Source: Nemertoderma westbladi (taxonomy: Eukaryota > Animalia > Xenacoelomorpha). From it: a DNA stretch of 59,989 nt. Every line of letters begins with the position of its first letter. Within the stretch, counting starts at the first letter, position 1. This document shows positions 1-10,097 of the stretch, one piece after another. Below the pieces are notes generated by a model that saw only the letters and a list, made by a program, of their open reading frames with translations, was not told the DNA's origin and did not search any database. A program made the translations under genes and the position numbers. The stretch spans positions 1 to 59,989 of the forward strand of contig JAUCBJ010000755.1 in the NCBI GenBank assembly GCA_032718475.1, in the 5' to 3' direction.

Positions 1-1386
1 CCCAGAACTTTAGGTGACCCATCTAAATCACATGTCATGTACCAGTACACATATGGAGATCCCATCATTGTAGAGGACGTGGTTGATGACTTTGAAAGTA
101 ACGGCTTCAATCCTGATGACCTTGTTGCCAGAGGGAAAGTTAAAGAAAGAGAACTTAAGTGGTGGGGTAGATTCTTTTGGATATTGTCATGGAAAGCTAA
201 GATACTGATAACTCTGTACAATAACTTAATCAAAAGGAATATATTGAAGATAAACAGGATCATAACATATGGAAAGACAGAATCAGAAATAGATAGAGAC
301 ACTTCAGAGTTCGCAAAACTAGCAGGACAAGAAGGTAAAGAATTGTTCCTAGTTTCAGTCCATTTGGACTTGTCCAGCTGGAATGAGTTAATGAGAGCTA
401 TATTGACCAGCGAGATAGGCAGACAATTTGACAAGTTATTTGGATATAAATCGTACGCTTCGAAGTTGTTTACTTTTTTCCAGACGGCAAAAAAACTATC
501 AGCAGCTCAGTTGGCAAACTTAGCCCCAGCAGATCTATTGGGGGATGGCGAGCCAAAGAGTCTGGGAAATTGGAAATTTCATGAAGGGGGTGGACAGGGG
601 ATTCTCCAATCCATATGGACATACATCACTGTTTTAACAATAGATGCTGCTAAAGACGTACTAGATGCTCCTCTCCTTCACAACGGACAGGGAGACAACC
701 AGAGGATAATGATAAAATTTATGGTTAGTAAAAACCCGTTTTTAGCTAATGATGACAAATTACAATGTATGAAGAAAGTCGATTCATTTGTCAAAGACCT
801 TAAACTAAGATTTGCAAGAATAGGGCAAAAATTAAAACCAGAAGAAACGTTCGTTTCAACTTCCGTTTCAGTTTATGGGAAAGCAACCTTATACAAAGGC
901 GCTAAACTTAATATGCTCATGAAGAAGGTTGGTTCTATAAGAGATTATGGTGATGTTATGGAATTCTCTGCCTCCGCACTTACTGGAGCCGTCATAGCCA
1001 ATGTGGACGCTGCCACTGCCCAAACGTCTCTTGGGGTCACCCCCAGGTTCTTTTACCATTACTACATGAGAAGGATAATGGATCTGATCTCAGACAAGCA
1101 TCCAATGTTTCCTAACGGAGGATTGGTGGATTCCGTCAATCGACTAAAAAAAGTGTCATTGCAGGGAGCTTCGAAATTCTATCACTTTGACCTAAAATCT
1201 AATTTGGAATCACTAACAGTGGATGAACTCCGATGTGCTCTGAAAACAGTTGTCCCCTTCATTGGATCTTTGTATGGTATTCCAAATCAATCCTATACTT
1301 CCTCAATTATCAGGAACTTTCCGGATGCTCTTGGAACCTCAATGTACTTCCTTTTAAGCTCCTCTCAGATACCTCAGTTCCATTAA
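1..1386 (+). pseudogene. L: Endogenous viral element: Mononegavirales-like L protein, RdRp domain (frame open from position 1, so 5'-incomplete)
   Basis: Pre-motif A KERELKWWGRFF, motif A DLSSWNELMR, motif B EGGGQGILQSIWT, motif C GQGDNQ, then LKPEETFVSTSVSVYGK and RNFPD; no introns. Confidence 0.95.
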
Positions 1387-4300
1387 TAAGCAAGACCATA
1401 ATCCATTTACGCGGATTGATACCAGCCATATTCAAACCCCACATGATGCCTGAAGTTCATTCAAGAATGCTCATTTTAGATCCTGAATGTATAAACTCTT
1501 GGAAAGTTAACTCGATAGAGGGCTTTGTTCAAAACGAGTCCATGAGTTATCTCAGAAGCAACAAAGATAAAGTAAAACCCTCCTTATTAATAGATGCACT
1601 AGAGTACAACCCAGACTCAACCATGCGAGATCTGGCTGATGAATTGGTCAGTTTTAAACCATGTTTTCCCCGTGCGTTGAAGTTAATAACGAATGTGGCA
1701 ATTCCAGACTTGATTTTGAAATTTATAAGAAGGATAGCCAGTTGCAAAACACTGGTAGATATAGCCAGAATGACTAGGGGAGATAATGTCTATGACAAGT
1801 TAAGAACCAGAGAATCTTATATAACAGGTATAATATTCGAATCCATAGAAAATATTCCAGATGAAGTAGAAGTAGAACATGAAGACGATCCTTCTGAATC
1901 CAGCTCTGAATTACTCCAAAGACTGAGAGCTTCTTCTTTTAGATTAGATGTTGAGGATCTATTGGGGGTAACCACTCCAGACCCACAAGAACAATTTGAT
2001 TTGTTTGAAGTTTCTGGTAATGGTTGTCCTAAATGTCCAAAAATTGAATCCCATGAGAAGTCTATGTACATATGGGGATCAGTAGCTGCAAAAGGAAAGA
2101 CTTTAAGAGATCTTGTCTCCACCAAAGGACCATATCCCCATTATTTGGGATATGTTGTACATAGCAAGACTGTCAAGGCCAAATTCGAAAAACATGAACA
2201 GTTGGAAATTATAGGAGATGTTGTGGCGGTTATGAAACTCATAGGCCCTGTGTACCCAGAAGACTCATCGGTTGGTAAATTGATTTTGGGCTTGGTCTCT
2301 CAACTAATAGAGGATGTTCCTGGATTAATGGAAGTCCTATCCAACAAGTTCGCAGGAAATCCTGTCCATCGAGTGGACGACCCTCATAATCGCAGGGGAG
2401 GTCAGAACAACCTTAACATCAACTTCACTTCCCATGTCACAACTAGCTCAAATCCAATGAGTCACTCAGCTCGAGGAGGGGAAGATTACAACATCAACTA
2501 CCCGGCTACATTCTTAATGATGACTGATGAAATTCTAGATGATTTGATAAAGAAAACAGATGATCCCGACAAGCCTTTCACTCATGACTTCCATTACCAT
2601 TATCACCCTAAGGAGAAGGCTTTGGTTCCTCTACCCACGGTTGTGACCCCAACTGACTGTGATCCCGACCAGGCTGCCAGGATAGTAAAGATTCTGGACA
2701 ACATCAAGCCTCTAACTCAGAGAAAAGTTAAAGCTACTGAATATCTCAGATCAGTGTTACCTCCGGTTCTATACAATGTAGAGATTGAATATAATGACTT
2801 AACACCCATGGACCAATGGCATTCAGTTAGTTTCACACTAGGAGTGCTAAATGGACTATGGTCAACTCAAGTACTTAGACACGGGACAGATAATTGTGCG
2901 GGAGAGGCAGGGGGAAAACTCACTATAGGAGCATCCTTCAAAATACAACCCTACTATTACTTGATCGGGTTATTAGGGACTATTGTTGTGGATCTGGAAG
3001 CATCATCTTCCAAATCCAGGTGGTCAAAGGCTTGGGAGGAATTTTCATTGGAATTAAAGGAGCACATACTTCGGAAAAGTAATTACTCTGAGTCTTCCTT
3101 TCTACTGATGTTTGAAAACCAAATAAGACGCATATCAGAAATGTTACCAAACTTTTCTCCTCCCAAGACTCCACTGATGGGGTCTAATGATGGGCACGAA
3201 ATGATACAACAGGCTCTAACAAGTATAGTATCTAGCGTTGGATCTTATTCTAAGCTTGGGAATCTGATCAATAAGCGAATCATAAGATTTAATCAAGTTC
3301 AGTTAGGAGGAGGCTTATTCTTTCTGAGATTTGGGTTCGTCTCTCTGTGCCATTGGGATCAATACAAAGACAACCAAAAATTCCTTACTTCTAGAATCTT
3401 GTCGGAAGGTTGCCCAGGATTCAACCAGAGCTCATCCACATGCATGTGGACAGAATCAGAAGTCTTAGAGCATACGTGCGCTCGAATCTTTTCAGATCCG
3501 GTGATATCTAAGGAACTGCCAATAAATGCTATAAGGGGATTCATAGGGACTGATTCTCTAATAGATTCTCTAATGTCAGATGTTACTGTGATTCCTCCGC
3601 AGTCCCAAAGTCAAGCTCATTATTCACCACCTCCATTCCCTGAACTAAATAACTTCTTGTCTACCTGCATAGATATTACGAATGAGAAAGATATAACCAC
3701 TAGAAGGAAAGACATAGGATCTAACAAAACCACAGATAACTTGGGAAGTATCAACAGATTCAAGTACGACATGGAAAACACGAGAGTTTGGGTGGATAAG
3801 TTAGTCTGTCCCACGAGCAGCTATATGAAATTTGACGACATACTGAATATGCCAGAGTTAGTTAAAGTTTGTAGATCATTTAATAGTGTAGTCGTTTCTT
3901 CCTACGGAGACGGCATGGGGGGAGTGTTCTTTTATGTAGCAGCTAGATTTCACTCCAAATTCCTCATGGGTCGCCTGTCAACTCTAGCATTGGCTCATGA
4001 TTTTCCTAGACAAATGGGTTGTGAAATTAACTTTACCGGACTTAAAATGTGTGCCGAGAGGCTCAATTGGAGAGAAATGAGAAAGTTATTGGAACTCAGT
4101 GAGAAAATGCTCCGACTTAATGGTGGAGATATAGTCAATCCCGGAGTGACAGCATCCCAGGAAGCATCGTTTGATTGTACGAGTGACTTGGAAATACTAA
4201 CTTTGGATGCTGACTTGAAAGATCTTCATTGGGGATCTTCAGGAGGATGGTTTCAGAGAGTCCTTGTGGAAGTATCAAGCATAAGAAAGTCGAAAAATTA

Positions 4301-5210
4301 CTTAGTAATAAATAAAGTTTACAAGGAAGAAGGAGAATTGTTTTTTAGATTAGTAACTAGTGTCAATGACTCATATTTCTCTAGCTCAGTCGTGTCGCAT
4401 TTAGTGAAGCCTATCTCTTCAAACGGAGGGAGCCAAGAGTATTACAATGTCACGTTGGTGCCTCTCTTGGTGTTAGACTCCTTTGTATCATGGCTAGAGG
4501 AAAACTTCAACTTTCTCCATTTACCTAGCACTGATAATATTAATAGCCTAGTCCAGCACAACATAAGAGTATCTATTCTTAGTAAGCAAAGATACATCCC
4601 ATTTCGTGAAAGAGCTAAAAGAGTCAGAGATTGGTACTCCCTGTATCTAACTCCAATTTTAGGTCATCCTGAAACCATAGCAGCACAAGGGCTGTTTTCA
4701 TTTGCAGAAGGATGGCAATTGGAAGAACTGTCGATATTGGCTGCTAAACAGGAGCCTAAAAGTATCATAAGGAAAACAGTCACCCGTCCAACTGGTCGTT
4801 CTATTATGACAGATGCCAAGGCTTTCAGATATGCATTCTTATTGCTTAAAGGGATGCTCCCCAATGCAAAAGAGGATGTCTTGGAATTTTTGATAACCAA
4901 AGTAGTGGTTGAAGGGGGATTAATCTTCTTCAAAGGAAAACAACTTGACAAGAAACCCCAAAAATATGTCCTACCTATCTTCTCGAAACCTTGTTGGAAT
5001 GAGCACTTGTCATCATCGATAATAGGTCCTGTGTCTTCCACCTTCTTCTTTCGTATTGACCCTGACAGGATTCTAGATAAGACTATGAAGCTCTCGAGAA
5101 GAGAAATAGGGGAATGTTCACCTCCTGATGGATCTACATGGGTTGTACATCCGGTGGATATTAGGGTTATCAAAGTGCCAATCCACCAAATTAGTAATGG
5201 AATATTATAA
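1350..5210 (+). pseudogene. L: L protein C-terminal part (PRNTase capping domain, connector, methyltransferase, CTD), after a frameshift near 1350-1380
   Basis: ORF 1233..5210: GPYPHYLG, GNPVHR (HR motif), DYNINY, MTase motif YGDGMGG with a K-D-K-E-like tetrad (YMKF, DAD, NKV, SQEYY). Confidence 0.92.
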
Positions 5211-5217
5211 AGAAAAA
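5205..5217 (+). terminator. Putative viral gene-end/polyadenylation signal overlapping the L stop codon
   Basis: TTATAAAGAAAAA, similar to TAAGAAAAA-type gene-end signals of mononegaviruses. Confidence 0.55.
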
Positions 5218-5323
5218 TCACTAACTATATCTGTCTTGCGAGATATCAAATCAACCTCCGACCAGTTAGAACAACTTAAAGGCTTGTTTATAAGATACCT
5301 ACTGGAGAATTACAATGAGACAT

Positions 5324-5700
5324 TGTAAAGTAAAATGGTGGATAATAGGGTGTTAGTCTACTCGCAGGTAGCCCCGCCATAATCTGATTTAATCTCCTTG
5401 CCTTCACCTTCCTGCAAATGAAACACCTAGAAATAATTTGTCTACATAGAATTTGTAGATTGTTAATGTGATACGATTCACGTAATTTGATAAGCATTTG
5501 ATTGTAACTCGCATGAAATAATGCTAGGTGTGTACTGAGTATTAAATCACGAACTATGATATGTGACTTATCAATAATGATAGGGTAGGCTGAGTCATAT
5601 GAAATTGGAGCTTTACAAATGCGGCTACCAACCCGTAATAAACCATCTCCTGAAATAAATGGGCACAATTTAGAAATATTACTAGAATGTTCAATGTTGA
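5324..5700 (-). mobile_element. BEL/Pao LTR retrotransposon pol fragment (integrase HHCC zinc-binding region)
   Basis: SSNISKLCPFISGDGLLRVGSR...PIII...H...H...CFICRK...IMAGLPASRL...PPFYFT; homology stops just before the expected GxD of the catalytic core; clearly diverged from the element at 20497-28641. Confidence 0.9.
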
Positions 5701-6679
5701 TCTTTTAAAAATGGATCGCCATGCTCACACACAAGATTTTTTTAACTTTTTTTACTCCTTTAACATACTTGTTAACATACGCGCTAGACCTTTACCGGAC
5801 TCGTTTTATGGGATCAAAGATCACCCTTATTACGTCAATTTAACCCAATATTACATGGTAAAACCGGAAGATCCTACCCATAGTCTGAGGTTTCTACCAC
5901 TAATAAATCCTCTCGATCTTGTCGAACTCGAACAACTGCAGAAACATCTGGATCAGTTAGTTAAAGTAAACTCATTTCGAAAACCATATAATGTTTCCAG
6001 AATAGAGAAAGAAATAATACCTCCGTATAATCTTGATGGATTCATCAAAACTCGATTAGTACACTGGAATCTTGACGTGTTATTCGAGGAGGAAAGAATA
6101 CAACGATATGGAGATGTGGAAACATATACTACCCAATACTTAAAGTATAGAGATCTACCTAATGCTAGCGAATGCGCTACCTTGTGGCATCCAGTGGGAA
6201 TGACTCTCGAAAACGCCACTAAAGAGTGGAATGAGACTCTTAACGTTATCGAGATGTATGGAGTTGTCACTTACGATAACGAAGGTAGCGTTCCTGTTGG
6301 AGAACTGGGAACTACGCGAATGATACACATACGAGGACTCGCTGGTTCTACCCACGTATTTACTCGAGCGTGTTCCGATGTGATTGATTATTCTTTTGAG
6401 ACTCTTACGGAGACACAAAAGAAACTCCGACATGGACAATTCGAACTCGCGCAGCGTTACGTCACCGACACCGAGCGCAAACCAGCCATGGGTATCGATG
6501 GATCGATGTTACCCCAGCCCGTGCTCGAGATGCTGTTTAACGAAAGAATCCTTAAAATCGGCTCAGCTGTTTATGGAGACCTCCAAAACGACTTTCGGAA
6601 CATGGAAAACATTCCAATAGGGAAACGTCCAATAGAAGACACTAAAATAACCAAAGAAAGTGACGACAGTGTTCTGTGA
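5687..6679 (+). CDS. Intronless ORF with a C-terminal, truncated DEDDy 3'-5' exonuclease-like domain (WRN/EXD2/RNase D-like)
   Basis: ExoI-like VVTYDNEG; LPQPVLEMLFNERILKIGSAVYGDL resembles the ExoII region; no ExoIII YxxxD before the stop. Confidence 0.6.
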   Translation: MFNVDLLKMDRHAHTQDFFNFFYSFNILVNIRARPLPDSFYGIKDHPYYVNLTQYYMVKPEDPTHSLRFLPLINPLDLVELEQLQKHLDQLVKVNSFRKPYNVSRIEKEIIPPYNLDGFIKTRLVHWNLDVLFEEERIQRYGDVETYTTQYLKYRDLPNASECATLWHPVGMTLENATKEWNETLNVIEMYGVVTYDNEGSVPVGELGTTRMIHIRGLAGSTHVFTRACSDVIDYSFETLTETQKKLRHGQFELAQRYVTDTERKPAMGIDGSMLPQPVLEMLFNERILKIGSAVYGDLQNDFRNMENIPIGKRPIEDTKITKESDDSVL

Positions 6680-6930
6680 AACTGAACGGACACAGACGGT
6701 GAATAAGTTTGCTTCAGTCGACTATAGTCAGGATGGATTAATGATTTATCACATCCAAGCAGGAGATAACTTCCAATAAAATGTAAATGTATAATTAATA
6801 CTGTGTACCTGTTGATAAATTTCACTTATATTCGATATAGTACATGATTAAAATGTATAAATGAGTATCCATAAAATCCTTTCTTCACATATCAAACGCT
6901 AATAAGTTGACATCATGTAACAAAATGACA

Positions 6931-7071
6931 TACATCATTGCTTGCAAAGGTCACTTTTCAGCGTTAAAGACCATTGTTTATTGATGTAAACCTCCCTCGC
7001 TGCGCTCGCTCGGTACATAAATAAACTCGGGTCATAACGCTGCAAAGTGCTACTTTGCACACAATGATGTA
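6931..7071. repeat. Imperfect palindromic MITE-like element
   Basis: Arms of about 42 bp (tacatcattgcttgcaaagg...aagacc / ggtcataacgctgcaaag...caatgatgta) around a central cctcgctgcgctcgctcgg. Confidence 0.65.
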
Positions 7072-8199
7072 AATAGTTATTAGATTTAATTAATACGGGA
7101 TAAAATTCACATTATATTTAATAGGCCTATACATAATTGTTACATTAGGGTAAGAGGCAAAACGTCTACATTTATGTCTCCAATATTTGAATTACTGGTG
7201 GGGGATGGAATTCGTAGGGGTCGTAAGATGTATTTAGGCTAGTCTATAAACTAATCCCCCACCAATGACAAAATGTTGATAATGAAGTGTATAGTACGTG
7301 AAATAGTGATAAGTTATCCTTCCTAGAGGTACCGAACGGTCATACATTATTTCTTAAAAAAGCATAAACTTTAATCGCTTGTCAGTGAGAATTTATTAAA
7401 ACCTGTTGTTATTTACAGTATTGTTATTTACAATTTAACATATTTTGTTTGCACAAGTTTCGATCTTCAAACGGCTGAGACATCCAAATAGTGGCGCAAA
7501 TTGACCATTAGTGAAAAGGTATTGTTTAATGTTTTGGGTAGAAAACACCGCCACTAATGTTTGAAATTTAAATAAATTCATTTTTTAAATCATCTAAAAA
7601 ACACATATTTTGTATTTCCGGTCACTTTGCGCCATTAACTCGAGAAATCACATCCGCGTTTTTGACTGTCGGTCATAAGTGATAATAATTATCTATAACG
7701 AAAGCCTTAAAATCGTCTAAAAACTACTTATTGTACAACTCATAATCAGAAATTACACAAAAGTGAATTGTATGCGTTATTGTAGATATATATATTTTTT
7801 AAAATATCTGCAGTCGGACTGGCCCCAGGGGTGGTGGAAACACGTCCGCCTCGTGGGTGTGCTTCCGGGAGGAGCCCAGAAGGACGAAAGCGGTGATGCA
7901 GATAGATCGACAGTAGACGACCCAAGAAGGAGGACTCGCGATTCTACCGATGTCACACCATGTGCATTGCCAGTACCGCGAACGGAAATACCGGAAGTCA
8001 TAGCGCGTGGCGACAGTAGAACCGAAGACTTCCTTACCATCCCGTAAACCAGATCGCGGGAACTGGACATGGTAAGTTTGGCTGGAAGCCATGAGAACAA
8101 TATTAGGAGTATAGGAGGACACATAACTCGATTACCCCAGATTACTTGAAATATCGGAGAAGGTTTTCGCATTATGCGCGAGTTAACTGCCCCGATTGA

Positions 8200-8237
8200 C
8201 CCCCCCCCCCCCCCCCCCCTGGGTTTAATAGGGTTAA
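8200..8237. mobile_element. Possible piggyBac-like element terminus
   Basis: C20 tract then tgggtttaataGGG-TTAA; no partner end recognised. Confidence 0.3.
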
Positions 8238-8330
8238 GTCATTTTTAAGGCAGGAGCTACAATACCAGAAAATAACTCATATCAAAGATGAAGATTTGAA
8301 GTAAAAAGTTACCTATACAAAGTCAACTTA

Positions 8331-8777
8331 ATGTTAGTCAACTTAATGGCGGAAAATCTTATAATTATGATTGGTGATGATTGTGGCAGTACATCTAAAA
8401 ATGTCATTGTTTTTCCATGTGAAGATGTAATTATGGAAACACTCCATTGTGAACATAATATTGAACCATTGATTAGGCCTATAGATGAGTCATTTGGAAC
8501 ACAACACCAGCCAAGATATAAATTTCAAACAAACCAATCTGTGGCTGTCATCTGGGATGAAACCAATAATACTAAACAATGGTAAATTTGTTTTTATATT
8601 GATGAAAACGAAAATGGTTCTATTCGTGTTGATCATTTAACTCGATCAGCTGCTTCTCATGACTGTTGGCAATGGCCAAAGGTTGATGACATCCAAGATG
8701 TTATTGATCTTCAAGTATTACCAGTTGTTATAGATGGTTTCTGGAACTTAAAAAGCATAAAATTAGAAATTTCATAG
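8331..8777 (+). pseudogene. Degraded coding remnant, probably from a DNA transposon protein
   Basis: Protein-like frame continues past the TAA at 8583-8585: VAVIWDE..W*..VDHLTR..WQWPKVDDIQDV..QVLPVVIDGFW. Confidence 0.35.
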
Positions 8778-9254
8778 AAATTGAAAATGTTTTTAGAGAA
8801 ATCTGTTGAAATATTTCAATGCTGTTGTTTTTTTCTAAAAGAAGTTTGTAAGCCCTGATTTCAATAAAGAAGGTCCTCTAAAGCTTTCAAAAGTTTTTTT
8901 CCATTTTTCAACAACTTACTATCTATAAGCTCTGCAATACAAAGACTTCCAGGGACCAGGATATATGATCAACCAAATAAGACTCCTTCACATCTGTATT
9001 ATCAAGACTAACTAACAATTGGCCAAATTAATCGATTATACCTGCAGGGTGAAGCTGGGTTTTGAAAAAACATATTACTAAGGTTGCGTGCAATGCTTTA
9101 TTTGTGTAATATTTGTTAAATGAATTATTAATTATTAATATTAACTTTATAATCTACTATATATATCTACTTTAACTAAATAAATTATTAAAAACACTCC
9201 CACGTATTATAATCTGCGGTACTGCTACTGCTACTGCAGTACTGCGGTATAAAC

Positions 9255-10097
9255 GTGTACCTGTCTGCATGTCTGCATGTGTACTGCTACATGGCCAAAG
9301 AAAGAAACTATTATCGTTGCCTAGGTGTAACGCCGGAACTAGTGAATGAGATGTCGGATGATGAGGCTCCTGTGACAATTGGCGCACTGCGCCAACTCAC
9401 GAAAACTAGGCTACGCACGATTACGAAAGATAAACTCATTGAGATAATCTCGGGAGATGATTCTTTGCCGGCAACTCGATCCGATATAGTGGATGTACTT
9501 AAGCTTAACAATGATGTAATTATTGAAGCAGTAAAAAGGGAAATCATGTCGGATGTTGAAAAAATCGTAGATAATGCCAAGGATGACATGAGACAGGAAC
9601 TCGATGATAAACTCTCTGATATGCAAACCAAGGTACCAGTACATATTATGGCCTTTGGAGCTAAGTTCGAGGTTGGCGAGGATACGCTCAAGGTGGCAAA
9701 ATCAATTGTCTCGACTACTGGCTACACAGGAGATTGTGTTATTAGCGCACAACGTGTAGGTGCAATGGCAAATCCACCAATCCGCATCCAGATTAAGAAA
9801 AGTGAAGATGCTACCGCTATACTAAAGGTGCGAACGAAGCTCCGCGGATCGGCATTCAAGTCAGTGTACTTGAATCCGGAAAAGAGCAAGGATCGACTTC
9901 TGATGGAAGCGAACTTCAGAAAGCTCATTGGTAGGGACAATCAGGAGCAGTTGTCTATGTCTCCAAACAGTAGACTGGTGGATAAAAGGGTCGTCGGAAC
10001 CATGCGTAACCAGGGGCAACAATCAGGACCAACCGGCGATGGACGAGGAGGTGGACGCAGCTGCGGGGCCCGCGGTGGACCTAATGTTCAGAATTAG
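9255..10097 (+). CDS. Non-LTR retrotransposon ORF1
   Basis: Coiled-coil segment, then RVG..PPIRI..LRGSAFKSVYLNPE (LINE ORF1 RRM/CTD-like); lies directly upstream of an APE-RT ORF. Confidence 0.75.
   Translation: MYLSACLHVYCYMAKERNYYRCLGVTPELVNEMSDDEAPVTIGALRQLTKTRLRTITKDKLIEIISGDDSLPATRSDIVDVLKLNNDVIIEAVKREIMSDVEKIVDNAKDDMRQELDDKLSDMQTKVPVHIMAFGAKFEVGEDTLKVAKSIVSTTGYTGDCVISAQRVGAMANPPIRIQIKKSEDATAILKVRTKLRGSAFKSVYLNPEKSKDRLLMEANFRKLIGRDNQEQLSMSPNSRLVDKRVVGTMRNQGQQSGPTGDGRGGGRSCGARGGPNVQN

Noticed and set aside
1233-1350. Independent start of a 1325-aa gene
   Set aside because: Conserved L residues in the overlap are in the other frame; this is a frameshifted continuation
1-5210. Chuvirus (Jingchuvirales) assignment suggested by the BEL/Pao association
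   Set aside because: Motif C is GDNQ, which fits Mononegavirales better; a phylogeny is needed to settle it
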